Position numbers and translations under genes: made by a program. A stretch of DNA of 53,470 nucleotides, taken from the NCBI GenBank assembly GCA_964442095.1, contig CAYTWK010000001.1, positions 1 through 53,470 of the forward strand, given 5' to 3'. Positions 9,987 through 20,155 of this stretch are shown here, piece by piece (positions within the stretch are counted from its first letter, which is position 1; each line of letters opens with the position of its first letter). Under the pieces are notes generated by a model that made no database searches, was not told where the DNA came from, and saw only the letters and a list, made by a program, of their open reading frames with translations. Origin of the DNA: an uncultured Caulobacteraceae bacterium (GTDB lineage Bacteria > Pseudomonadota > Alphaproteobacteria > Caulobacterales > Aquidulcibacteraceae).

Positions 9987-10925
9987 ATGGTTGATGCGAG
10001 TAATGTTATGAGTGAGGGCAATGCCAACAAGCTAAAAATTGGTGTAGCGGGCGCCGGCGTTTTCGGCGGGTTTCATTCTGCAAAAATTGTGAATGACAGT
10101 CGCGCAGAATTCATTGGTGTTTATGATCAAAGCCTAGAGCGGGCAGAATTTTTAGCGCAAAAGCATTCTGGGCGTGGCTTTGACGATATTGATGAATTTT
10201 TTAAACAAATTGATGCTTTAATTGTCGCAACTCCGGCAACAACTCATGGCCATATTGCGCTAGCAGCCTTAAAAGCTGGCAAGCATTGTCTCGTTGAAAA
10301 ACCATTGGCTGCAAATCCAACGGTCGCAAACCTATTGTGTAATCTGGCCGAAGAGAAAAAGCTTGTTTTACAAGCCGGACATCAAGAGCGATACATATTT
10401 AAAGCTATGGGTCTTTTAGAAATTAGCGAGCGCCCCAAAAGTTTCGAGGCGGTTCGAATCGGGCTTCCTTCCGTTCGCGGTGCGGATGTTTCGGCGACCT
10501 ATGATTTGATGATTCATGATTTAGATTTAGCGTCACTCTTGTTTCGATCAAAGCCTAAAGCAATTAAATCTAAACGCCTATCGGGGAGTGCGGAAAATCC
10601 CGATGCCATAGAAGCAGAAATTGTGTTTGAAAGTGGCGGTGTGGCAAAATTTATCGCTAGCCGTGCCAGCGAGGAGCGCGAAAGAACAACAAAAATAGTC
10701 TATGAAAAAGGCGAAATGACTATTAATTATATATCGCGTGAATTTAAAGATACTACTGGCTTTAATCTTAATGCGGATTTTGCCGAGCGTATAAAAGATC
10801 CGATGCAACAGGCAACGAGTGATTTCATAACTTCAATAATTGACGGTGCACCAATTTCAATTCCGGCGCGCGAAGCCGAATGGGCGGTAATATTGGCACA
10901 AAAAATCGACGATGCCCAAAAATAA
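9987..10925 (+). CDS. Gfo/Idh/MocA family NAD(P)-dependent oxidoreductase (possibly GnnA-like)
   Basis: Rossmann GAGVFG, CLVEKPLA, AGHQERY and DLMIHDLDL. Confidence 0.85.
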   Translation: MVDASNVMSEGNANKLKIGVAGAGVFGGFHSAKIVNDSRAEFIGVYDQSLERAEFLAQKHSGRGFDDIDEFFKQIDALIVATPATTHGHIALAALKAGKHCLVEKPLAANPTVANLLCNLAEEKKLVLQAGHQERYIFKAMGLLEISERPKSFEAVRIGLPSVRGADVSATYDLMIHDLDLASLLFRSKPKAIKSKRLSGSAENPDAIEAEIVFESGGVAKFIASRASEERERTTKIVYEKGEMTINYISREFKDTTGFNLNADFAERIKDPMQQATSDFITSIIDGAPISIPAREAEWAVILAQKIDDAQK

Positions 10926-11907
10926 AGGCCCGCAATTTTCGATTATCATTGTTGCCTATAATAGCGACGAAGATATGGGGCGATTGTTTGATTGCCTAGA
11001 GCGGCAGACTTTCAAAGACTTCGAAACAATTCTATTGGATAATGCGTCACCTAAGATTCCAGTGTCGAGCGATAGTGCAAACCGCGCTGATGTCTTTATT
11101 CAAAACCAAGAAAATATAGGCTTTTCCCGCGCCAATAATCAAGCAGCGAAAATTGCAAAAGGCGATTGGCTTTGCTTATTAAACCCCGATGCATTTCCCA
11201 ATTCTGATTGGCTAGAGCAGATTGCGCATGCTATTAAAAAATATCCAGATACGGAGGCATTCGGTTCCTTGCAAATGCTTGATGGTGAGGACGGACTATT
11301 GGACGGCGCGGGCGATTGCTTTTCTATTTCTGGAATAGCTTGGCGCGGTGGTCATCGAAAGCCAATTCCGACAGAATTATTTGATGGGCAATGCTTTTCA
11401 CCATGTGCCGCCGCCGCAATTTGGAAACGCGAAAGATTTGCCGAATTGGGCGGCTTTGAAGAAAGCTTTAATTCCTATTATGAAGATGTAGATTTAGGGT
11501 TCCGCCACCGCCTATTAGGAGGCACGACAATTCAACTAACAAAAGCAATTGTTCATCATCGCGGATCTGGATCTAGTTCGCGCTATTCTGAATATGCGGT
11601 TTTCCATGGCATTCGCAATCGGCTTTGGGCCTATATAAGATTAATGCCAAGTCTCTCTTTTTGGGTATTTTTGCCAATTCATATTCTTGCTACATTTGCG
11701 CTTTGGTTGCATGCTATTTATCGTGGTGCCGGCTTGGCCTATGCGCGCGGTATCATTGCTGGCATAGGCGGCATTGGTGCTTCATGGGAAGAGCGGAAAT
11801 TAATTCAAAAATCCCGAAAAATCGATGCGACTGAAATTTTACGCCAAATGTCTTGGTCACCATTTGCGCTTTTACGCCGAGCTATTGTCCTAAAGGATTT
11901 AGAATAG
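10912..11907 (+). CDS. Glycosyltransferase family 2
   Basis: IIIVAYNS, LDNAS, NIGFSRANN, LLNPDA and YYEDVDLGFR. Confidence 0.9.
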   Translation: MPKNKGPQFSIIIVAYNSDEDMGRLFDCLERQTFKDFETILLDNASPKIPVSSDSANRADVFIQNQENIGFSRANNQAAKIAKGDWLCLLNPDAFPNSDWLEQIAHAIKKYPDTEAFGSLQMLDGEDGLLDGAGDCFSISGIAWRGGHRKPIPTELFDGQCFSPCAAAAIWKRERFAELGGFEESFNSYYEDVDLGFRHRLLGGTTIQLTKAIVHHRGSGSSSRYSEYAVFHGIRNRLWAYIRLMPSLSFWVFLPIHILATFALWLHAIYRGAGLAYARGIIAGIGGIGASWEERKLIQKSRKIDATEILRQMSWSPFALLRRAIVLKDLE

Positions 11908-11910
11908 ACC

Positions 11911-12729
11911 TTAAATTGATGGAATGGTTTCAACCAAACCATTTCCAAATCTGATTGGTTCAATGCGCTTGCAGAGACCTGTTTTGGCGTCGATTTCAGC
12001 AAATACGCCACAAGCCATTCCGCGCCCGCTTGCTGGTTCATGGCGTTGATATGGAAGGCGAACAGATTGGCGCCGAACCGATATTTCCTTATTCATGCCT
12101 AAAACGCTATCATAATCGCCGCACATTCCGAGGTCGGTGATATAGCCTGTCCCATGTTCGAGTATGCGATAATCCGCCGTCGGAACATGTGTGTGCGTGC
12201 CAACTACTAGGCTTACGCGGCCGTCAAGAAAATGGCCAATTCCTTGCTTCTCACCGCTCGCTTCGGCATGGACATCGACGATTATGCAATCTGCCATCTC
12301 TTTTAATGGACATACGGAAATCTCGCGTTCGAGCGCTGAATATGGGCAATCAAGACTATCCATATAGAGGCGGCCCATCACCGAAACTACAAGGATCTGA
12401 AAACCATTAATGCTAAACAATTGTGCGCCGCGCCCAGGGGCATTGGTTAGGCTTGGATAATTGCAAACCCGCAGCAATCTCGTTTCGCGCTCGATATAGG
12501 TTAAAGCCTCTCTTTGATCCCATTCATGATTACCAAGAGTAATGCAATCTGCGCCAGCATTAAAAATTTCTTCGGCTACCGATTGAGTTATGCCAAATCC
12601 GCCAGCCGCGTTCTCGCCATTCACACAAACAAAATCTAGAGCTAATTGTGATTTTATACTCGGCAAGCGAGCTGATAAAATATCGCGCCCTGCTCTACCG
12701 ACAACATCACCAAAAAATGCAATCCTCAT
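11911..12729 (-). CDS. ymdB: YmdB/TIGR00282-type metallophosphoesterase
   Basis: FFGDVVG, NGENAAGG, TLGNH, DVHAEA, GTHTHVPT and TDLGMCG. Confidence 0.93.
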   Translation of the reverse strand: MRIAFFGDVVGRAGRDILSARLPSIKSQLALDFVCVNGENAAGGFGITQSVAEEIFNAGADCITLGNHEWDQREALTYIERETRLLRVCNYPSLTNAPGRGAQLFSINGFQILVVSVMGRLYMDSLDCPYSALEREISVCPLKEMADCIIVDVHAEASGEKQGIGHFLDGRVSLVVGTHTHVPTADYRILEHGTGYITDLGMCGDYDSVLGMNKEISVRRQSVRLPYQRHEPASGRGMACGVFAEIDAKTGLCKRIEPIRFGNGLVETIPSI

Positions 12730-12741
12730 AATTATTTACTT

Positions 12742-13323
12742 TCAAATCTTTGTGGTAGCTGATTTAGCATGACGCGCGCCCTTGTTTGTAACAATCCAAT
12801 CAAGGGGCTCGTCGTGGGCCTCATGAGGCACAGCTTCAACTTCTTGCGCACTATAGGCGATACCAATGGTTTTGATTTTTTTATTGGCCTTTAATTGGAA
12901 AATTGCTTTATCATAAAAGCCGCCGCCATATCCGAGCCGTCTGCCATATTTATCATATGCTAATAGAGGCACTAAAAGCCAGTCTGGCTCAATAATTGGT
13001 GAGCTTTCCAAAGGTTCTCTTATGCCAAAGGCGCTTTGCTCTAATAGGTCGCCAAAATCATAAATATGAAAATCAAGCATCTGCTTTTTCTTGTTTACCC
13101 TCGGGAGCGCCAAGATCGCGCCTTGGGTTTGCAATTTACGCATTAATGCTATGGGGTCGATTTCACTATCCATAGGCATATAGCCAGCAATTATTAGGCC
13201 ATTTGGCGAAGTTTGGATGTCGAAATTACTTGCCAAAGCTTCACCAGCATTTAGCTCTGTCTCATGGGCTGCTTGCCGCGCTTCAATCGCTTTTTTCCGC
13301 GCTATACGTTTAGTCTCAAACAT
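12742..13323 (-). CDS. ygfA: 5-formyltetrahydrofolate cyclo-ligase
   Basis: SEIDP, LVPLLAYD, RLGYGGGFYD and HDEPLD; lies downstream of 6S RNA. Confidence 0.95.
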   Translation of the reverse strand: MFETKRIARKKAIEARQAAHETELNAGEALASNFDIQTSPNGLIIAGYMPMDSEIDPIALMRKLQTQGAILALPRVNKKKQMLDFHIYDFGDLLEQSAFGIREPLESSPIIEPDWLLVPLLAYDKYGRRLGYGGGFYDKAIFQLKANKKIKTIGIAYSAQEVEAVPHEAHDEPLDWIVTNKGARHAKSATTKI

Positions 13324-13367
13324 AAAATTTATTTCTAACCACGTTCATAGCCGTGGGGCTTGTAGGG

Positions 13368-13525
13368 TGCGGAACCACAATTCCGTAAAGCGTTGAACTT
13401 CTCCGTGCGACCTGAAAATCAGGTGGGCGTCGGGTAGTAAGAACCACGATTCAAACCATAGCCAACTCCCTAGGAAGAGTTAGGTCAGCGAGAATGATAC
13501 GCTCTACAAAAACCGCAGAACCGCA
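13368..13525 (-). ncRNA. ssrS: 6S RNA
   Basis: ~158-nt non-coding region immediately upstream of ygfA (canonical synteny). The ends pair (TGCGG..GTAGAGCGT with ACGCTTTAC..CCGCA) and it contains the alphaproteobacterial-type internal motifs GGGAGTTG and CGCCCACCTG-ATTTT-CAGGT. Boundaries are approximate. Confidence 0.88.
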
Positions 13526-13577
13526 GAACTCATTTAGGAGCATAAATCGAGTTTAGCAAGTCTTTGGAATTTATTCT

Positions 13578-14669
13578 TCATTTAGGGCTAAGTCGCAACA
13601 CACGCCCTTCGGGTTCGTCGGTTAAAATAATAATTGCGCCATCATTGGCTGTAATAATGTTGCGAAAGCGAGTTTGCATATCCGCAAGCAATATTTCTTG
13701 ATCAATTACCTTTTGGCCATCTAAATCAATGCGGCGTATTTGTTGCCCCGCTAGCGCGCTAACCAAAAGATCACCCTTCCAGCTTTTAAACATATCTTTA
13801 TCGTAAAATGTCATTCCCGATGGCGCGATTGAAGGCACCCAATAAATCAATGGCTGCTCAAGGCCAGGTAGGGCAACATGATCCGATATTTTTATTCCTG
13901 AATATCCTATTCCATAAGTGATTTTGGGCCAGCCGTAATTCTTGCCCTTTTCCAAAATATTAATTTCATCACCGCCTCTTGGCCCATGCTCATGCTGATA
14001 AATAATTTTGTTGGTTTTATCATATGCAAGCCCTTGGGAGTTTCTATGCCCCAAAGTGAAATGCGAATATTCGGATCCATCGTCCTTAATTTGGACTATT
14101 TTTCCCAAATCCGATTTCGGGTTTTGCGCTTCATCTTTATAATCAAAACCATCACCAATACTCAGCAATAAAGAATTATCAGGCAGGAATAAAATACGCC
14201 CGCTAAAGTGTGCACCGCCCTTTTTCGAAGGGTTTGCTTTGTAGATTTCGGCTATGTCCTCAAGTTTTTCGCCAACTAATTTCGCGCGCACTAATGTTGT
14301 GGCATTGTCTTTTTCATTTCCTTTTGAAAAACTAAGATAAATCAGATTATTTTTGGCAAAATCTGGATGCAAAGCAACATCTAAAAGCCCGCCTTGACCA
14401 TCGTAAAATACTTGGGGAACACCGGCTATTGGCGCGGATAATTTCCCATTTTGCAAAAGACGTAAACGACCTGGCTTTTCGGTTATTAAATAATCACCAT
14501 TAGGAAGCGCGGCAATTCCCCAAGGAAACTCTAGGCCCGAGGCAATAGTTTCGACTTTTAAGGAGACTTTTGAAGTTTGTGCGGTATCCGAGCGCGGTGC
14601 ATCGGCACCATTTTGCGCGCAAGCGGATATTATTATTGCTAAAGATAATGCGAAGATATTTTTTCTCAT
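13578..14669 (-). CDS. PQQ-dependent sugar dehydrogenase (GSDH/YliI-like), lipoprotein
   Basis: Lipobox ISAC, GLEFPWG, GQGGLLDV, GHRNSQG, EHGPRGGDEIN, NYGWP and SIAPSG. Confidence 0.92.
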   Translation of the reverse strand: MRKNIFALSLAIIISACAQNGADAPRSDTAQTSKVSLKVETIASGLEFPWGIAALPNGDYLITEKPGRLRLLQNGKLSAPIAGVPQVFYDGQGGLLDVALHPDFAKNNLIYLSFSKGNEKDNATTLVRAKLVGEKLEDIAEIYKANPSKKGGAHFSGRILFLPDNSLLLSIGDGFDYKDEAQNPKSDLGKIVQIKDDGSEYSHFTLGHRNSQGLAYDKTNKIIYQHEHGPRGGDEINILEKGKNYGWPKITYGIGYSGIKISDHVALPGLEQPLIYWVPSIAPSGMTFYDKDMFKSWKGDLLVSALAGQQIRRIDLDGQKVIDQEILLADMQTRFRNIITANDGAIIILTDEPEGRVLRLSPK

Positions 14670-14685
14670 TACCTAGTCTATCATA

Positions 14686-16467
14686 CTATTTATTTTTGAG
14701 AATAGCTTTTCTTAGACCGCGAAGTGAGTTTCCGAGATAAAATTGCTGTATTTGGTCAAAGTCGCTTTTGTGAATAATTCTTTCTTCCGCTTTTCCAGCT
14801 TCAAGCATTTCTTCGCGCAATATGCCAGGCAATAGACCAGAACTAATGGGCGGGGTGTAAATTTTGCCGTTTCCGAATTTGACGAAAATATTAGTCCTTG
14901 AGCCTTCTGTTAGTTCGCCGCGCTCATTAAAATATATTATTTCATCAGCTCCAGCTTTTTGGCAAAGGTTTTGCCATTCTTCATCATAAAGATGGCGTAG
15001 GCTGGTTTTGTGAAATAGCCATGGATTGTCAGATTGCATTATCGTGGGGGATATTATGAATGACATATCATCATTTGATGGTTTGTATTCCAAATAGGAA
15101 AGTCTGGCCTCATTATGAATTTCTAATTTCACACGGGCGCTTTTAGTGCCGGAATCTGGTTTGAAGTTTTCTAATAAAGACAAAATTTCTTCTTTATTGA
15201 TTGCTTTAGAGAGTGCTTTTGCTGAATTGAACAAGCGTTTAAGGTGGCGCTCTTTGCGCACAAATCCCATTTCGCTATTCCAAAGCATGGTTTCAAAAAT
15301 GCTAAAATCCTTTGTCGATTTATCGATGAAACTGGCCTTTAATAAACACTCCTGATACTCATCATCGGCATTTGAATCATGCACAATTCCCGACCCTATT
15401 CCCATTTTCAAAGAATTGTTTTTTATGGTCATTGTGCGGATTGCAACATTAAATATTGCTTTATTGTCGGGGGTAAAATGCCCAATCGCGCCGCAATAGA
15501 TTCCCCTTGGTCTTGTTTCATATTTTCTGATTTGCTCTTGGGCGGAAATTTTGGGCGCACCAGTTATCGAGCCGCATGGAAAAATTGCCTTTATAATTTC
15601 ATTTATGCCAATATTTGGCCTAAGTCTTGAATTAATCACCGATACCATTTGATGAAGCGTGCCATAAGTCTCAACTTCAAATAATTTATCAACCCGAACA
15701 CTTCCGCTCTCGCTAATTCTTGAAAGATCATTGCGCATTAAATCAACAATCATTAAATTTTCGGCGCGTTGCTTTTCATCCTTTTGAAGTTTTTCAATAT
15801 TTTTGCTATCTTTTACGGGATCTATAGATCTTGTGATTGTCCCCTTCATTGGCATAACCATAATATCTGCGCCGTTCAGTTCAAAAAATATTTCGGGGCT
15901 GCGCGAGAGTATTGAGAAGTTATCGCCTATTATAAGGCTTCCACATTTGGACTTTTGCTGGTTCCTGAGAGCCAAATATAGGGCGATTGGGCTTCCTTTA
16001 AAGTCAAAATTAACGTCAAATGTGAAATTGGTTTGATAAATGGTTCCCGCTTTTATCGAATTGTGAATTTGCGCAAATGTGTCTGCATATTCTTCTTTTG
16101 ATAGCGAAAATTTTTGACTTAATAATTGGAAACCACCCCCTATAGCGGCGGTTTGTAATATTTCTTCAATTTGTGAATTGGTTAGGATTTCCCGGTCTTT
16201 ATAAACACCAAACCAGATTAAAGGTTCATTATAAGAGGGCTGGAGGTGCTTTTCTAAAACCTCCTCAAAGCAATAGCCCAGCTCATAGGAAAAATAGCCG
16301 GCAAGAAAATAGCCGCGCCCAAGCGCATTTTGAATTTGCGCTAATGCGCTTTGAACGTGGTTTATCGATGGGGCAATTATTGTCTCAATCGGATTTTGAT
16401 AAAGAAAAGATGGCGCGCCATCAATTAGATTATTATCAATTAAAATAGTGCCTGCCTTAAACACCAC
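14686..16467 (-). CDS. pabB: Fused aminodeoxychorismate synthase component I / class IV PLP lyase (PabB-PabC)
   Basis: PMKGT, AENLMIVDLMRNDL, FPCGSITGAPK and NVAIRT, followed by FETM, HKT, EGSRTNIF and GLLPGILR. Start probably GTG 16467 or 16464; the track starts at 16506. Confidence 0.9.
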   Translation of the reverse strand: MVFKAGTILIDNNLIDGAPSFLYQNPIETIIAPSINHVQSALAQIQNALGRGYFLAGYFSYELGYCFEEVLEKHLQPSYNEPLIWFGVYKDREILTNSQIEEILQTAAIGGGFQLLSQKFSLSKEEYADTFAQIHNSIKAGTIYQTNFTFDVNFDFKGSPIALYLALRNQQKSKCGSLIIGDNFSILSRSPEIFFELNGADIMVMPMKGTITRSIDPVKDSKNIEKLQKDEKQRAENLMIVDLMRNDLSRISESGSVRVDKLFEVETYGTLHQMVSVINSRLRPNIGINEIIKAIFPCGSITGAPKISAQEQIRKYETRPRGIYCGAIGHFTPDNKAIFNVAIRTMTIKNNSLKMGIGSGIVHDSNADDEYQECLLKASFIDKSTKDFSIFETMLWNSEMGFVRKERHLKRLFNSAKALSKAINKEEILSLLENFKPDSGTKSARVKLEIHNEARLSYLEYKPSNDDMSFIISPTIMQSDNPWLFHKTSLRHLYDEEWQNLCQKAGADEIIYFNERGELTEGSRTNIFVKFGNGKIYTPPISSGLLPGILREEMLEAGKAEERIIHKSDFDQIQQFYLGNSLRGLRKAILKNK

Positions 16468-16487
16468 ACCACCTGTATAATTGAGCG

Positions 16488-16880
16488 CTAATTTGCGACA
16501 TCGCAAACTTTAATTATTTGGGCACCATCAGGATTAAAGGGAAGGGTCTTTACAATAGACATGTAAATACAAGTGTCTTTGGTTTCCATTTTATCGCAGC
16601 CGCGTTCATTTGCGCTAGTAGTCTCATCTTTGCGGCATTCAAAGCCCATAGATTTTAGTCCAGCTTCGACTGCTTCGGTTTTAGAATCTGCTGGAAATTT
16701 CTCTTTGATTTGCGCTTTGAATTTAGCGCTTGCTTCTGTGTCAACGTCAAAGTTCTTTACGACTTTTTCGCCCTTTTTAGGGGTTGCGGCATCGTCGCCG
16801 GATGGCGAATTTACACTTTTTAATTGATCGCAAGCCATCAAAGAGATGGCCAATAATGCTATTGCGGCATAGTTTTTCAT
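16488..16880 (-). CDS. Small lipoprotein of unknown function with four further Cys
   Basis: MKNYAAIALLAISLMAC lipobox; sits between cysS and pabB in the same orientation. Confidence 0.75.
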   Translation of the reverse strand: MKNYAAIALLAISLMACDQLKSVNSPSGDDAATPKKGEKVVKNFDVDTEASAKFKAQIKEKFPADSKTEAVEAGLKSMGFECRKDETTSANERGCDKMETKDTCIYMSIVKTLPFNPDGAQIIKVCDVAN

Positions 16881-16897
16881 TTGCATCGAGCTTTCCC

Positions 16898-18280
16898 TCA
16901 ATTAATAAAGCGCCAATTGGTCTGGCCACCGGCATCAGTAATTTCAACCCCCAATTCGCCTAGTTCTTTGCGAATTTCATCGGCCCGCGCCCAATCTTTT
17001 TGCGCGCGCGCATTTGTGCGCTCTTCGACAAGCGCATTAACTTTTGTTGTAATATCATCGCCAGTTTGGTCAGCCTTTTTTGCAAACCATTCATTTGTTT
17101 TTAGTTGTAATACACCCAATAAATTCCCAGCAGCCTTCAACTCGCCAATGATTGCGCACTTCTCGTCACCAGACTTGGCTTTATTTGCGTCGCGCGCAAG
17201 ACGTGACAATTCAGCGAGCGCTTTTGGCGTATTCAAATCATCGCAAAGCGCATCTATTGTTCCAGGGCAATTTGTTGGGGGCGTATCATCATGATAATCT
17301 AAGACCCTATAGAGCCTATCAAGGGTTTTAACGCTGCGCTCTATTAGTTCATCATTCCAATCAAGTGGCGCGCGATAATGCGCCGAAAGCATTGCAAACC
17401 TAATTGCTTCGGGTGGAAACTTATTGCACAATTCCTCTATATTTAGGACATTCCCAAGGCTCTTGGACATTTTTTCCGAACCCATGTTCAAAAAGCCATT
17501 ATGCATCCAAATATTTGCAAGCTTTACGCCCTGATGCGCACATTCGGATTGGGCAATTTCATTTTCATGATGGGGAAAAATTAAATCGTGGCCACCGCCG
17601 TGAATATCAATGGTCTGACCCAAATTCTTGGCAATCATCGCCGAACATTCAATATGCCAGCCTGGGCGACCGTTTCCAAAAGGGCTTTCCCAAAATGGCT
17701 CGTCTGGCTTTGCGGCCTTCCAAAGGGCGAAATCTGCGGGGTCCTTTTTGTTTTCATCAATATCAACTCTCGCGCCACTGCGCATTTCATCGAGATTACG
17801 CCCTGAGAGACGCGCATAATTTTCCATTGATGGAACATGAAAATAAACGCCATCATCAGATCTATAGGCGTGCCCAAGCTCAATTAGCTTTGAAACTAAC
17901 TCAATAATCTCATTAATGTGGCCAGTTACCTTTGGCTCTATATCGGGCATTTCGACATTCAATCTTTTCATATCATCATGATAGATTTGCGTAAATTTTT
18001 CAGTGATTACGCCGATTTCAACTCCGGCCTCAAGTGCGGCGGCATTTATTTTATCGTCAATATCGGTAATGTTTCGGGCATAAATTACATTTTCTTTGCC
18101 GTAAATTGTGCGTAATAACTTCGCCATTACATCAAAAACAATTGCTGGCCTGAAATTACCAATATGGGCGCGATTATAAACCGTAGGCCCACAGACATAC
18201 ATAGTTACCCGATTATTGTCTATCGGGACAAGGACGGTCTTTTGGCGCGCCATCGTATTGAATATTTTTATTTTCTGCAT
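16898..18280 (-). CDS. cysS: Cysteine--tRNA ligase
   Basis: MYVCGPTVY, HIGN, GRPGWHIECSAM, DIHGGG..L.FPHHENE and KMSKS. Start at MQKIKIF. Confidence 0.98.
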   Translation of the reverse strand: MQKIKIFNTMARQKTVLVPIDNNRVTMYVCGPTVYNRAHIGNFRPAIVFDVMAKLLRTIYGKENVIYARNITDIDDKINAAALEAGVEIGVITEKFTQIYHDDMKRLNVEMPDIEPKVTGHINEIIELVSKLIELGHAYRSDDGVYFHVPSMENYARLSGRNLDEMRSGARVDIDENKKDPADFALWKAAKPDEPFWESPFGNGRPGWHIECSAMIAKNLGQTIDIHGGGHDLIFPHHENEIAQSECAHQGVKLANIWMHNGFLNMGSEKMSKSLGNVLNIEELCNKFPPEAIRFAMLSAHYRAPLDWNDELIERSVKTLDRLYRVLDYHDDTPPTNCPGTIDALCDDLNTPKALAELSRLARDANKAKSGDEKCAIIGELKAAGNLLGVLQLKTNEWFAKKADQTGDDITTKVNALVEERTNARAQKDWARADEIRKELGELGVEITDAGGQTNWRFIN

Positions 18281-18517
18281 ATTCGAACTTGTTTTTGACT
18301 CAATGATAATTAGATGCAATAATGTGAATACTTAGGTGCCAATAATACATATCGGCACTTAATGAAACACCTGTGTTTGTAATTTCGCAATCGCAGCCAA
18401 TATTGTCATGTATTGCTATTAAAAAATACTATGACGAAATCGGGCGGGCGTTAAGACCAAAATGAAACCCCAAGTTTCTATTCTGGCTCGACCCCCGTCC
18501 CCTATAGGGGATGAATA

Positions 18518-19117
18518 ATGGATATGATTAATACAGTGCCTGCGGATATTGTTCGGCCAAGCCGCGAAGAGGCTATGGCAGCGGTAAGGACGCTTTTGAA
18601 ATGGGCCGGTGATGATCCAGACCGCGAAGGACTTCTTGATACTCCAAAGCGCGTCGTGAACGCTTATCAGGAATTTTTTGCAGGATATGATCAAGATCCA
18701 GAGCAAGAATTAACTCGAACTTTCGAAGAAGTAGGCGGGTATGAAGATATAGTAATGCTGCGTGACATCGAAGTTGAAAGCCATTGTGAGCATCATATGG
18801 TGCCAATTTTGGGCAAGGCGCATATTGCATATATGCCGAAAAATCGCGTTGTTGGCATTTCGAAAATTGCCCGCGTTGTCGAAATTTTCGGCAAGAGACT
18901 ACAGACCCAAGAGACAATGACTGCGCAAATATCGGATTGTATTATGCGCACTTTGCAGCCGCTTGGGGTCGCAATATTGATTGATGCAAAGCACCAATGC
19001 ATGACAATGCGCGGCGTTCATCACCCAAATGTTGCGACAATAACGACCCAATTTACAGGAGTTTTCAAAGAAAACCCAGAGCTTAAAGATAGATTTTTGA
19101 GGTTATGCAAAATCTAA
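18518..19117 (+). CDS. folE: GTP cyclohydrolase I
   Basis: [33 protein letters not shown] and HQCMTMRG. Confidence 0.97.
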   Translation: MDMINTVPADIVRPSREEAMAAVRTLLKWAGDDPDREGLLDTPKRVVNAYQEFFAGYDQDPEQELTRTFEEVGGYEDIVMLRDIEVESHCEHHMVPILGKAHIAYMPKNRVVGISKIARVVEIFGKRLQTQETMTAQISDCIMRTLQPLGVAILIDAKHQCMTMRGVHHPNVATITTQFTGVFKENPELKDRFLRLCKI

Positions 19118-19533
19118 CCGAAAGTCTAACGCAAGAGCAAGTCAAAGAGATTGAATTTGGCTCTATCTTAAAGCCTAAATTCGATGCAAATGGGCTTGTA
19201 GCGGCGATTGCCCAATGCGTGAAAACTAAAAATGTTTTGATGCTTGCCTATATGAATAGGGAGGCTTTGGACAAAACCATAGAAACTGGCTTTGCGCATT
19301 ATTATTCACGTTCGCGCCAAAAACTATGGCTAAAGGGTGAAAGCTCGGGCCAATTACAGAGCGTAAAAGAATTGCGGATAGATTGCGATCAAGACGCGAT
19401 TTTGCTTTTGGTCGAAGTTGGCGGTGATGGTGGATGCTGCCATAATGGCTTTGAAAATTGCTTTTACCGAGTTTTGAATGAATCAAATCTTGTAATTACA
19501 GGGCAAAAACCTTTAAAAAAGACCTGTGATTAA
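19105..19533 (+). CDS. hisI: Phosphoribosyl-AMP cyclohydrolase
   Basis: [28 protein letters not shown] and CHNG..CF. Confidence 0.96.
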   Translation: MQNLTESLTQEQVKEIEFGSILKPKFDANGLVAAIAQCVKTKNVLMLAYMNREALDKTIETGFAHYYSRSRQKLWLKGESSGQLQSVKELRIDCDQDAILLLVEVGGDGGCCHNGFENCFYRVLNESNLVITGQKPLKKTCD

Positions 19534-20155
19534 TAATTCATCTTTGCGTATAGAAAATTTATCGCTGCAGCGCGGCGATAGGGTTCTTTTGCGTGGTTTC
19601 AATCTTTTGGCTCAAGCGGGCGAAGCGATAGAATTGCGCGGCGCAAATGGCTCTGGCAAGACAACTTTATTGCGCGCAATTGCCGGCCTTCACGAGGCAA
19701 AGTCAGGCAAAATTATTCTTTCCGGTAATGATGAATTCGAAAACTCTGATTATATCGGCCTTTTGTCACATTCTGATGCGGTAAAAGCTAATGAAATGAT
19801 TGGTCTGCAATTGGATTTTTGGGCGAATATTTTCGGTTCCAATAAAGGTGAAATCGCTGAAATTGCGCAAAAACTAAAGATTTCTCGACTTTTGGGATTG
19901 ATGGGTGGATCTTTAAGCGCGGGTCAAAAGCGTCGGGTTGCAATTGCTAGGCTGCTTTTATCGCATCGCCCAATTTGGCTTTTAGATGAACCGGCTGCTC
20001 CTTTAGATATTGATGGCCGCGATATTCTTGGCGCAGTATTAAATGAACATATCGCGTTGGGTGGAATTATTATTGCCGCTGTGCATGATGCATTGCCGAT
20101 TAAAAGTGTCAGAAAAGTGCAAATTAAGGCGTTCGAAAGTGGGGAAAGAAAATGA
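19526..20155 (+). CDS. ccmA: Heme ABC exporter ATP-binding protein
   Basis: [20 protein letters not shown] and WLLDEP; overlaps the ccmB start. Confidence 0.9.
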   Translation: MINNSSLRIENLSLQRGDRVLLRGFNLLAQAGEAIELRGANGSGKTTLLRAIAGLHEAKSGKIILSGNDEFENSDYIGLLSHSDAVKANEMIGLQLDFWANIFGSNKGEIAEIAQKLKISRLLGLMGGSLSAGQKRRVAIARLLLSHRPIWLLDEPAAPLDIDGRDILGAVLNEHIALGGIIIAAVHDALPIKSVRKVQIKAFESGERK

